Source: Anthoceros angustus
Lineage: Eukaryota; Plantae; Anthocerotophyta
Assembly (NCBI GenBank): GCA_010909165.1
Contig: MU008190.1
Span: forward strand, 124,001-188,000
Direction of reading: 5' to 3'
DNA length: 64,000 nucleotides
Below the pieces are notes generated by a model. The model searched no databases. It was given only the letters and a program-made list of their open reading frames with translations, and had not been told where the DNA came from. Both the position numbers and the translations under genes were made by a program. Below, one piece after another: positions 1 to 11,550 of this stretch. The stretch's first letter is position 1. Every line of letters starts with the position of its first letter.

Positions 1-1040
1 ACTGGACATTTTCCAGTATGCGGACCTTGACAGCGTCACCTAGTCGAGAATGCGGGAAAATGTTGCGGCGGCCAACAAGGAGGTCCGATCCAAGAACCTG
101 CGGGAGGACCCCAGGAGGTGGACCGTGGAGGTCGTGAGGACAGTCTACAAGAGAAGTGGGAGGAAGTTGTACCGGAGCCCCTGAAGGAGAAGGGGAAGGT
201 GGAAGCGGCCAGGGCGGCCCTCTTGCGACCCGGAACGCAGCGATCATCAAATGGGTGGCTGATGTCGGACCTCCTGGACAGGAGGGTGCGATCAGTGGCG
301 AAGATTATAGTCCACTGGAACATGCTGACCAAGGTGGACCACCTTGGAGACAATTTGCTGGTGTTCCTCCACGACCTCCAGAAAGGGAAACGCGCCGACT
401 GGGGCAGAATAATTTTCGCCCGGATCAACCAGGAGGCTCATGTTTGAGGTCTGACCACCGTCGGCGTTATCGCCGTTTTGATCCATGTGTGGGGGCGCGA
501 ACCTCACGAAGGAGGAGGTGAGGAGGCAGCACTCGGAAAGGGCTGGCGCCCGGGAGGCGGAAGGAAGAGTGCGAGGCGGAGGCCCGTCCGGTCCGGAGCA
601 AGAGGTCGGGAGGAGGAGCGGGAGGATTTCGGACTCCATACATCTAGGCGGACCCCTCGCCACCTAGGGAAGTGTGGGAGGACATCCCGCTTCTCTCCTC
701 ACAGTGCCCCGGGGCCGGCCCAGGCGGCCACGGGGCAGGGAGTTGGCGGTTCCGGCTCGGCGGTCAGCCAACAACGGCAGTGAGCCCGGCGGACTGCGAG
801 GCGGAGGAGGCGGAGGCGGAAGCCAGCCTGACACCGGGGCGCGTGCCTCGCCTGCGGGTGGCAAGAAGCGGAGGAAGGCGTCTGAAGGCGGAAAGGGGCC
901 GCCCAAGGAGGCGGAGGCCAGCGATGGTGTCCTCGGAGGCGGAGGCCCGTCACCTTCCCACGGGAGATGCAAAGGGGCCAGCTCGGACGCCTTCACCACC
1001 TCAGGGCCTCGGAGGAGAGGCGGAGAAGGAGTTAGCGGCC
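1..1040 (+). mobile_element. Decayed retroelement accessory ORF, copy A (frameshifted, GC-rich)
   Basis: Fragments such as TKVDHLGDNLLVFLHDLQKGKRADWGRIIFARINQE are spread over several frames. The region aligns by eye to the reverse complement of ~7690-8696. No RT or integrase motif is seen. Confidence 0.55.
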
Positions 1041-1449
1041 AAGAGGGCCAAGGAAGGCGAGGCTCGGACCCACGGCCTCGGGACACGAGGGTCTGATTAG
1101 GTCCCGGAGAGCATCTTCTCGGGAGAAATAATCTGGTGGTCATAAGCGTACTGACGGTGTCACCCGAGGAGAGTCGAGTCTTGGAGAGGACCCACCAAAA
1201 GGCACTGTCTGAACAAAAAGCTCTTGAGCCGGTCGAAGGTATCACTGTGGAATCTCATCAGGGGGCGGATGAAGGGCATGGAGCGCGGCGATGGTGTCCT
1301 CGGAGGCCGGTGCCACCGGCTGGGAGGCCGAGGCCTAGGCCAGCGTACTCACCATTCAGGCCAACATATAACACCTTGAGCGCCTTACCGGTGGGACAAA
1401 CCTTGTCGATGTTGGCCAACCCTAGTTAACCTAGATCTTGCCGCCAAAA

Positions 1450-1730
1450 GATCCTCTTCCTGTAGAGCCTTTCAATCCCCCACCTGAAAGCGGCGGAGGC
1501 GGGAAGCCACCTCCCTATGGCCCGAAGGACCGCCCCTAGAGCATCGAAGACACCACCTAGGAAGGAAAAGGAAAAGAGTCCAAGCCTCCTCATCCCCGGG
1601 GTCCCGCGCAAGGCGATCCAATGGAAGGCGGTACGCAAGGCGAACATCATCGTGAAGACGCCTCGGGAGCCACCAAAAAAGACGGGGGCTCGGAAAACGA
1701 GTGTGAAACAACGCCAGCATGTGGTTCGAC
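1450..1730 (-). mobile_element. Fragment of an RLE-type (CRE-like) non-LTR retrotransposon ORF, region upstream of RT
   Basis: Translation PLDRLARDPGDEEAWTLFLFLPRWCLRCSRGGPSGHREVASRLRRFQVGD* resembles the recalled 'W..L..LPR..L...RGG......RL..F..G.W' block of CRE-clade elements. A stop codon sits at the expected W. Confidence 0.5.
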
Positions 1731-2329
1731 TACCTCCGAAGCCACTCCTAAGACTCTGGCGGCAGCCCAAGGGAGGCTAGGAAGAGGATTGGGTGTTCTT
1801 GCCGGAAGAAGAATCAAGCACTACAAGCCTCCCAAGTAGTCTTGTCGAAATCCTTGTGCTTGTGCCCAATGTGACATTTCACCCCTTGACCCCAAAGCAA
1901 AGGCGGGAAGCCGGATCGGGCAAGGGGTGTCCTTGATAAAGCCTTGATTGGGTGGCCGCATCATCTTGGGAGCCACAGAAAAGACCTAGAAGACCACAGG
2001 AAAAGATCATGTATAGAAGACTCTTGAGAACACCGCTCACCGCTCCAAAACCCTTGAGAATACCACTCCCTATACACCGCTCCAGCACGGCTCCATAAAC
2101 CTCCTCAGCCAAGTATGAGTAGATAACAATTCCACAATTGATGAGGGAATAATAATCTGCTGAGCGTTATTCTCAAGTGAGAAATCTTCTACACGAGATA
2201 AGAATAATGGAAGTGTTGTGCCAAATTCTCATGTAAAGAAAGTTTGCACAACATTTAATAGTAATATGTTATTCCGAATTCTCCTGTGAAGTGTTTTTCC
2301 ACACTAGTTGATAATAATCTTCAAACATG

Positions 2330-2425
2330 AAGATAAGCAAGGGAGCTGCGTAGCGGCCGAGAGGGATGACATACACCATAGACACCATCAGCTCAAGGCG
2401 GGTTTACCATGTCGCTGCTAGTCGT
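2330..2425. repeat. Dispersed direct repeat, second copy at ~12473-12575
   Basis: gataagcaa.ggag.tgcgtagcgg.cgagagggat.acataca...cacca..agctca.ggcgggtttacc is present in both places. Confidence 0.8.
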
Positions 2426-2804
2426 ACATAGATGAATAGCTGTGGAATGGGTTCTTGCATCCGAAGATGCAAAGAGGCCACATTTACCCTCTATGTCGTT
2501 ATAGTCCTAGGATTCGATCCCAAGGGAATGGTTTTGTGTCAAGATGTTCTAAAACTATGGACTCTAGACTTACCCCGTCGATCACTACCTCCCCCTTATC
2601 CAGCTACCATACCCAAACCCACCACCGTGGAAGACTCGGCCACCGATTGCATTTGGTTCAACCAACGTGGCGGGTCCCACAGCCAGCGCCTCATCGCGGG
2701 TGACTATTTGTCACCGGCTTCTCTGGCGCAGACCTTGGGGGTTATAGACATACACACACCTACATGCGCCCTCACTTCGCTTCCAGGAATTTCCGCGATC
2801 GGAT

Positions 2805-3650
2805 CCTTCCCGGGAGTTATGCACCACGACCTCGAGTGCTGCGGCGCCTCACTCCACCGTTATTTCCCCGCGACGCCACCACTCACTTCCACTCTCCTTA
2901 ATCATTTCGCGATTCTCCCCACACGCACTCACAATCCCTTCATAGACTCATACGCCCTTCGGGGCCTTCCCTTCCTAAATAAATCCTCTCTCCCTCTCCT
3001 CCACGGGCCACCCGGACCCACTTTGGGCCACAGACCCCTCCTTTGGGCCACATAGACCCCTCTTGGGCCACAGACCCCTCTCATGGAATAAAACACGCTG
3101 GTGGCGGTTGGGAAAGAAGATCGGGAAAGAAAACAGGTGGGTGCTTGGTGATTCGCCTTCCGGATCCCGCCTCAGCCTTCCGAGGCAATCCCTACCTCTT
3201 TTCGGCGTCGCCCGGTTCCTTCCGGGAGTTATGCACCACGACCTCGAGTGCTGCGGCGCCTCACTCCACCGCTATTTCCCGCGACTCCACCACTCACTTC
3301 CACTCTCCTTAATCATTTCGCGATTCTCCCCACACGCACTCACAATCCCTTACAGCGCGCACTCATCTGCCCTTTCGGGGGCCTTCCCCTTCCTAAATAA
3401 ATCCTCTCTCCCTCTCCTCACGGGCCACCCAGACCCCACTTTGGGCCACACAGACCCCTCCTTTGGGCCACACAGACCCCTCTTGGGCCACATAGACCCC
3501 CTCTCATGGAATAAAACACGCCTGGTGGCAGCAGTTGGGAAAGAAGATCAGGAAAGAAAACACCGGTCAGTGCTTGGGCGATTCGCCTTCCGGCAGTCCC
3601 GCCTCAGCCTTCCGAGGCAATCCCTACCTCTTTTCCGGCGTGCGCCAGTT
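2805..3650. repeat. Tandem duplication of a ~413-430 bp unit, each unit with three internal TTGGGCCACAGACCCCTC-like copies
   Basis: Shared anchors at 2805/3218 (cctt.cgggagttatgcaccacgacctcgag), 2974/3393 (cctaaataaatcctctctccc) and 3169/3601 (gcctcagccttccgaggcaatccc). Confidence 0.9.
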
Positions 3651-4599
3651 TCCTTCCGTCACCCCCAGGCGTGGAGCTTGGCCACTCCGCTCTCGACCAT
3701 CCAGGGATCTTCCCGGCCTTCTTGTGACGAGAAAGCGGTGCATCGAACGAGTTTGATGTTGATCGGACGTCTCCAACCAACCTCGCGCATAGCTTCAACA
3801 CACGGAAGTTCACACCTGTAATTGTCTGTTAAGAGAGACACTCAAGGGTCTCTTATACATTCAGCTGTGGCTCTCCACAGCTCACTCCTCCCAGTGTCTA
3901 GAAAATATGACCTACTACGACGGGCGCTCCTACCAATTCCGGTAACTACAGCTCCGCAGACCCTCAAAACATCCTATCCTCTAACCCGAAAAGGAACTCT
4001 TGGCTCTGCAATGTGTCGCTCCTCTAAAATTAAGCGGGCGTCCAATTCTTCTTACAACCCTGCGGCGGTGGGGGTTGTGGTAGCGACTTTATTTGTGGCC
4101 GGCCGGTATGACAATCGATGTCGTTGTAGGAAGAGTCCGTTCCCAAGGAATAGCGAGCTCCGTTTGCGGCGTTGGCGATTCTCGTCTTACTGCGTCGTTC
4201 GGTTCAACGCATTCATCGATTCACGTCTAACTACTGCAACAATCACGCGGGCCGGTATGGCCAAGCGTTTAAGGACCCGTTCGGCGTCCGTATCGTTCAC
4301 GTTCGTCACTCACACCTCGTCCGTTCCTCTCTCCACTCACACTACACTTATCGGTCTTAGGGAAAGGCAGCGCGGGTTACGATCCGGACCTCCTCGTCGT
4401 TCCCGGGCCTCTCCGTCCAGACTCTGCCGCCCTCCAGTCCCTCGGCTCACCGTTCGGTCCGTTCTGGCGCGGCTGCGGGCGAGCACGGGTCCCAGTCACC
4501 CTCCTGCACACACCACAACACGTTAGGTCCGTCACGGGACCACGATCAATCTCTCCGGGAGGCATCGCACCTTTCGGTGACTCGGGACTCACGTTAGCA

Positions 4600-7500
4600 G
4601 AAGACACACAAGGTGCAGCGGCATCAACACCAAGAAAGATGATTTATTGAGGCGGTGACCCTCTTATACTACGCCCAAGTCGGCGTCTTTATTACACCCC
4701 TATTACGGTGATGGCCCGGCGGTATACCTAATCGACCGCCTACCATCCTATTCCTCCCCTATCTCCTTCGTCGGTGTGGGAAGGTCCGGGTTCGCCTTGG
4801 GATTGGTGGTCCAATCTCCGTCACGGATTCTGGCGCGCAATCGGATGATCCGTGGCGGGACCCCTCCTCTCCGGAATCATCGGGTTGGGCTCGTGATCGG
4901 CGGCCGTTACCTAACGTCATCCTCCACTGGCCTCCCGTGGGTCCCCTCGGTGGGGCCACTATCTGCTCCCCTAAGCGTAAGTCGAAGGGGCTCCTCCTTC
5001 TTGCAGTCGGACCTCGAGGTCGGTCTCGACTCGGTCTGAACTCCGGTCGGCTTATTTCTGAGTCAGGTCGGTGGGTCGGCCTCGTCTCTGAGGTTCGGAC
5101 CTCGGGGTCACTTGTCTAGTCCGGTCCCCAAGCTCCGGACCCCTTCATGGACCTCGTCTTGCTGGGTCCTCATCCCTACCCAGGCCCTTGTCTTGGGTGG
5201 GTTGGCTCCTCATACTGCCCCTTTGGGCCGTCACCTCCTTCTCCTGGCGGGTTGCGGTGAACTTACCACAGGGTCCGTTCGTCTCGCTCCTCTTGAGGCT
5301 CTTCTCCCCATTGCCGTCGTCTCAAGCAGGGGCCCCTAGAGTCCCTGTCTTTGTCCCCATGCCCTTCTTCCCCTCAGGCCTTCCGGGGGTCCGTCTGGTG
5401 AGGCGGGGAGGCCTCTCAGGGGCGTGGTAATAGGCAAAGTCGAATCCACTTGTTGGATTGCCTCTTCCACGTGTGCGGGCACCCGTCTCCTTCGCCATAG
5501 GTGCTCGGGAGGCGTCTTTGCCCGCTTGTTGGACCACCTCCCGCCGGGTTTGATATGGGCGGGCCCTTTCGAGGCTGCAGTGCCTCGGTCACCTCCATGC
5601 TCTGTTGCTCACTGCTCCAACTCCCCGCTTGCTCCGCCGGCTTACCGGCCATAGCGCGTTCCCCTTCGCCTTCCTCAAGCTGGACGGACTTCTCTTATGC
5701 GCTTCCGTGCTCTCGCCTCTGTCCATTACATTAACTCGCCATCTCCCTCTCAGACGGTCGGGCAACTCTGCCCGGTGCCGCCAGGCCCTTCTCCATCTCG
5801 GCGGCGTCACTGCTCCTGTTCCATCGCCCGTCTCGTCGCCAGGCGGCCGCTCTATTTCCGTTCGCGTTCGCGACCATGTCCTGAGACTACCATTCCTCTC
5901 AATGGTAGTTTGAAGGCTGACTCAAGGTCTCCTTGCGGTCTTCCATCTCCTGCTTCTTTGCTCCACCTCCGGGTGAGTCAGGAGATCCTCCATCTCCTTG
6001 TCGCGAACTTCACAGGCTGGCTGGGTCTTGCTCCGCCGCCTCTGCTCCATCTTGAGGCGGTGGGCGCTCTATCTCCTCGAAGTCTTGGATTCTCGTTGAG
6101 AACCCCTTGCTGCTCAAGCGTCTTGGGTTGTAACTCCAAGGTGTCCTTCATCCTCCGGCTCCTGCGCCTCCCTTCTACCTCCTGCAGTGCGCCACAGGGT
6201 CCCGATTTCCGGGTCTTGGCCTCCGGTGTTCTGCGGCTCGTCGTGCTTGCTCTCTTGCTCGGCCTTGATTGGCCGTGGCTGCGGCCGCCTCCCTCCACCG
6301 GTTCGATCACGCCGATGGTGATCGCGGTCGGCCTGCCGTGGCCGCCTCCTTGGCCACCTTCACAGGCCTCTCGGCTTGGCTCTGGTCTGGTCGCCGCCTC
6401 GCGGTCCGAGCTCCGCTTGCGCCCGGGCCTCTTAGCCTCTGCTGCGCTACCCCCTCTGCACTGCGAGGTCCTCGGCCAGCGCTTGGGCCTCCTTAGCCCG
6501 GTGCTCTCCTCTCTGTCCATTACATTAACTCGCCATCTCCCTCTCAGACGGTCGGGCAACTCTGCGGGCGGGGCTTCGCCGGCCCTTCTCCATCTCGGCG
6601 GCGTCACTGCTCCTGTTCCATCGCCGTCGCTCCGTCCAGCAGGCGGGGCCGCTCTATTTCGTTCGCGACCATATCCTGAGACTACCATTCCTCTCAATGG
6701 TAGTTTGGGCTGCGACTCAAGTCTCCTTGCGGTCTTCCATCTCCACGCTCTTTGCTCCACCTCCGGGTGAGTCAGGAGATCCTCCATCTCCTTCGCGAAC
6801 TTCACAGGCTGGGCGGTCGCGCTTGCTCCGCCTCACTCCATCTTGAGGCGGTGGGCGCTCTATCTCCTCGAAGTCTTGGATTCTCTGTTGAGAACCCCTT
6901 GCTTGCTCAAGCGTCTTGGGTTGTAACTCCAAGGTGTCCTTCTTGTCCTCCGGCTCCTGCCGCCTCCCTTCTACCTCCTGCAGTGCGCCAGGGTCCCGAT
7001 TTCCGGGTCTTGGCCTCCGGTGTTCTGCGGCTCGTCGTGCTTGCTCTCTTCTTGCACACTCGGCCGTGGCTAGCCCCGCCTCCCTCCCGGTTCGATCAGC
7101 CGATGGTGATCGCGGTCGGCCTCGTGGCTTCGCCTCCTTGGCCACCTTCACAGCCTCTCCGGCTTGGCTCTGGTCTGGTCGCCGCCTCGCGGTCCGCGCT
7201 CTTCGCCGGGCCTCTTCCGCCTCTGCTGCGCTACCCCCTCTGCTGCGGTCCTCGGCGCTTGGGCCTCCTTAGCTGTTGCTCCTCCGGTGAAGGAATTTAG
7301 TCCGGTCCTTGCGGATGGACGGACTTCCCTCTCGGCCTCCGGCGTTTCCCTTCCTCAATCGGCCGAGCTTGGCCTTCCTTCTGCCTCCTGGGCCCCTCAA
7401 GCTGCTCACGGAGGAGTACCATGCGCCTCGGGTGGCTTCTACCTCAGGTCTTCTCGGCCATCCATGAGACCCCAAAGCATACCGTCCATGGCGGTGGCAG

Positions 7501-9030
7501 GACCGCCGTGTTTCTTCCACGGCCGCCGATGAGGCTCCCACAAAGTCCGTAGTGGGGCGGCATTTCCCAGTCCGAGGACCTCCATACGCGTCGGAGTAAG
7601 TCGGTGGGTTCTCGGACCTAATCGGGACCCTTAGGTCTGAGTCTTGGCTCGGGCTTCACCCTCCTTGGCCCTTTTGGCGCGAGCTCCTTCTCCGCCCTTT
7701 TTCTCACAGGGCTCGGAGGAGGTGAGGGGTCGGGAGCAAGCCCTTTTGCCCCTTCACATCGGGGCAGGCGGCTCGGGTGGTGCTGCCCGGTGTCCTCCTG
7801 CTCACAGGCGGCGTCCCTTCGCCCTCCTTACACTTCCTCACTTCTTGCCACTCAGGTAGGCGGGGTAAGTCTTGGCACCGTCGAGGTCTTGCGTTGGTAA
7901 ACCATCTTGCGTCTCTTGGTTCCCTCTGGTCGGCGGGGCTCCTCGTGGTTGTGGTGGTGGCGGGGCTATTGGGTCGGGGCCGCCTCTGCTGCTGGCTCGG
8001 TTGGGGCACGGAGGAGGAGGCGGGGATTTCCTCCATACTTCCACAGGTGGTGAGGGGTCCGTTCGGACGTATGGAGTCGAATTCCCTCGATCGTCCTCCT
8101 CCGGGTCCGTTTGGCCTTGAGTCGGCCTCCCACCTCGGGCGCCCTTGCAGCTCCACTTGGCGGGGCCTCAGTCCTTTCCGGGCGCCGCTCAAGCTCTCCC
8201 TCCTTGAGGCTCGAAATGTCCCCATACATGGATCGGTATGGGGCCCAGATGGCGAGGCTTCTCGGTCCACAGCTTGCGGGCCTCTGGCCCAGGCGAAGAT
8301 AATCCTTCCCAGTCCGCCCTCTTCCCCATGGCGCATGCGAGAATACCAGCGAGTTATCACCAAGGTGATCCACCTTGGTGGCGAGTTCAATGGACAATGA
8401 TCCGGGCTACCGCCCTTACTCATTGTCAGCGGGTCGGATATCAACCGGCCGTTGGTGGTCCTCTGCGTCGAGCCTCGGCGCCGCTTGCGGCCCTATCTTC
8501 CCCTTCGCCTTGAGGGCTCGGCACCACACCCCTTCTTCCTCCTTTGGGCGGTTGTAGGCGCCCTCGGGACCTCAAGGTCCATCGCCTCGGGTCCTCCGGA
8601 GGTTCTTGGACCGCACCTCCTTGTTGACCGCCGCCAACATCTTGGCGAACTCCGGACAGGTGGTCGAGCGTCGGACCATGGAACACATCCAGTGCCACTC
8701 CTCCACTAATTCTCCGCTTCCTCCGGCCCAAAGTCCGGATAGCGCGGGTCACAATGTTGCGCTCCACGAGGTTCCATGGCTCCCAAACTTCCATGAGCTT
8801 TTGGGTGCCATCGCCTTTCTCCCTTGTGGCTGGCGGCCGGAGTTCAGCACGATCGCCCTCCTCGCCCGCGTTCGCTTCTCCAACCCCGGCGGTGAACTAC
8901 GCTCGAAGGTGCTTGGGCGCTCAAGAGATAGCGCCCGGGTTGCGGGGCCGAGAGGGGTGTCTGCCGTGACCTTCCCCTTGACGCGCCTTGGAGTAACGGC
9001 CCCAGGCGGGAAGGCGCCTCTTCCACAGCC
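4600..9030 (-). mobile_element. Decayed retroelement segment with a long minus-strand accessory ORF: copy B of the 1-1040 family plus coiled-coil repeats
   Basis: Homology to 1-1040 at 7690-8696; charged E/R/K-rich frameshifted ORFs at 5978-6805 and 6717-7151; no introns or host-gene motifs. Confidence 0.5.
5700..7290. repeat. Imperfect tandem duplication, period ~795 bp
   Basis: ctgtccattacattaactcgccatctccctctcagacggtcgggcaactctgc at ~5720 and ~6514; gagactaccattcctctcaatggtagttt at ~5883 and ~6678; ctccacctccgggtgagtcaggagatcc at ~5961 and ~6755. Confidence 0.9.
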
Positions 9031-9779
9031 GTAGCGCGGTGCATGCCGACCTTACGCCTCCTTACTGCGGCCTTACGCGCGCGTACTACGGCCTTCGCCG
9101 CGCGGTCAGGCGTGAACCTGCGGCCCCAGCTCGGTCTGGCGGTGCATGCCGACCTCCACTCGGGGCCGTCCGTGGCGCCGCCTGTCGTCCTCACGGCTCA
9201 ACTTCTAAGTTACTTTCCTGGCGTACTTATCACCTTGGACTGGGTGGGTCCGGACTTATCCGTTACCCGGCGTAGTCCGGTGCACCGCCATAGTAGGTCA
9301 GTCGTTGCCACTCCGGTCGGAGTATACTCCGGTGCGGTCCGGTGCTATCCGTGCTTATTCCTCCCTTTTCCGCCTTATTTTATCCTCCGCTCCTACGAAA
9401 AAAAACAAAACCCTAGTTATTTCTTAACCCCCAAGGGAAGTCCGTAGTCCACAGGGGTTCCCTTCGCTCTCGCTCTCCTGCCACGCCTCTGATCCGAGCG
9501 ATTCTCCCCCAAAACCTCCACCTCGCTGTCACTGCCCGCAGTTTCTTCGCGTCTTCCCATGGGCGTCGAGCGTCTATAGGCCCTATGTTATTCCGCTCTT
9601 CATCATTTGGGCAGCCACCGTGCTCCTCCTCACGCCACAGCCTCGCTTCGCTCATTTCCTCGATCACCACTTGGGGGTAGGCCCCGCTCCCGTTCGGAAG
9701 AACCAGTAGCGCGTGGCGGTCAAGATGTGCGGCCGATATAGTTTACGCCCCTCACTGTCCCAACAACCACATATACATT

Positions 9780-11550
9780 TAGAGTGAGCACCCGCTCACC
9801 ATGCGGCGGCGAGGACATGAGCATCCTCATCCGGGCCCGCTGTCGCTCCGATAGAGGTCCTTACCCTCTCCTCCCGTGGACAATCCTGGGCCGGCTGCTG
9901 CTGGGTTTCCAGGGGATCTGCCGCTCCATCTGCGGTACTCCTGTCGGTGGCTTCCCCCACCTCGGTTCCTTCTTCCGCGACGGTGGCGGTTTAGCCACCG
10001 TGGTGGTTGCTTCCCCTACGGTGGTGGCTTCGGCTACTGCGGTTGCTGTGGCTCTGCCCTTCTTCGGTTTGGTCGCCTCTCTCTTGACTCTGGCCCTAGC
10101 TTCATCTCTCTCTCGCTTGTATCTCTCCGCCAGTTTCTTGAATTTCTCCAGAGGCGCCATTGTTTCCACGCTCCTGGACTCGTGAGACCTCATCTTGAAG
10201 CTCTTCAATTGTAGCATCGCCCCTTGACTGATTTACTAAGGCCTCTGTTGGGTGGACATGGCCCTTAGCGCTCCATGCCTTTACATAGGGCCGCCTCGCA
10301 TTCCGTCTGCGCTCCTCTGCCACCTTGTTCTCGCCTTCTAGGCTCTCCAACTTTCCTTGAGCAACTTTTCTGTTATTGCACACTCGGCCGGTGAGAGCCA
10401 TGGTGCACAGTCGAGGAGATCACCGTCGAGCCATGGCGAAGTCGGGGCTGTAGATTCGAATTGGGCTGCCCGTGCCCATTCCCTCCACAACAATTCTACC
10501 TTGCAGCGGTGTCACCTGTCTCCACTTCAGCCGGTCGGGTTAGTGAAATGTCGCCAAAATGTTCCGGAGCTCCGTCGCGGATTTGGCTATCGAAACTAAC
10601 CCCTCTTCTTCTAGGGGTTGGTTTGCCACTACTTCCTCATCCGCTCCAATCTCTCCTAGCGGCAGCGACTCCTCCCCACCTGAGAGAGGCACAACTTGTC
10701 GTTTCCCTTTTATTTTCTCCTCCTTCACCGCGTTCCTGCTGCTGATTTCGACCTGGTGACCCTAGGTGTAGCTGTGGGTTCCTCTTCTGCTGCGGCTGTC
10801 CTTCCCTTCTTCATGACCCCGTTCGGCCGTCGCGCCCTCACTTCTTGCCCTTGAAACCTCCCCACCTTCATCCGAGATCTTCTAGGGGCGCATTCCCAAG
10901 CTATGGAATTTCCCGGAATCCTCCTTACACTCCTCTTCCTCTACCTTGAGTTCACGGCGGTTTCCGGCTATGAAGGCGGACCGACTTCAACTCCGTTAGA
11001 CACACGGAATGCTTGAATACATGAATTAGAAAAGGTGAAATCAAGGAGGCCGAGGGAAGGGAGACAAATTCGCCCTCTCCTCACAGGCTCTTTCAAGATC
11101 ATCCGCCCCAATCGATTTGTGTACCTTTAACCACCTCATGAAGAAAGACCGAGGAGTGGTGCGCCTATGATCAACTTCGTGCAGGAAACACAAAATCCAC
11201 TTGGCCAATCCCAGTGCGCACACGAGTTGGCGAGTCACCCATCCATTGTTCACCCTCACTTCTCCGGGCTTCATGGCGCGGCTGCGGCTCGGGGTCTTCT
11301 TTCTCGGGGGTCAATTGCAAGCTTCCATCCTCGATGCTTCTCGCCCATACTGCTCGAAAGAGCCCCAAATCCAGTTTTGCGGCCTCTTCCTCGCGTCTCC
11401 CTCTTGCAACTTGGTTCTCAATTGCAGGCGCCTCTTGCACCAATCTTTGGTGTCGTAACACCATTTCTTCTCCATAAATTCCGGACCAGCTCCCAGTGAC
11501 TCTCACCTTCCGATGGTCCATGTTGGGCCTTTGCATGAGTGAGATTTCGG
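9780..11550 (-). mobile_element. Third decayed retroelement-type accessory ORF with a coiled-coil C-terminal part
   Basis: Frameshifted ORFs 11171-11536, 11041-11274, 10102-10401 and 9861-10217 (LEKFKKLAERYKRERDEARARVKRE). Composition resembles the other decayed ORFs. Confidence 0.4.

Noticed and set aside
2432-4526. Long ORFs 2432-3055, 3063-3821 and 3822-4526
   Set aside because: They run through the tandem repeat and TE-like non-coding DNA, have no recognisable motifs, and GC-rich DNA leaves frames open by chance.
5697-7300. Plus-strand ORFs of 357 aa and 182 aa
   Set aside because: Antisense shadows of the minus-strand coiled-coil TE ORF (Leu/Ser/Pro-rich).
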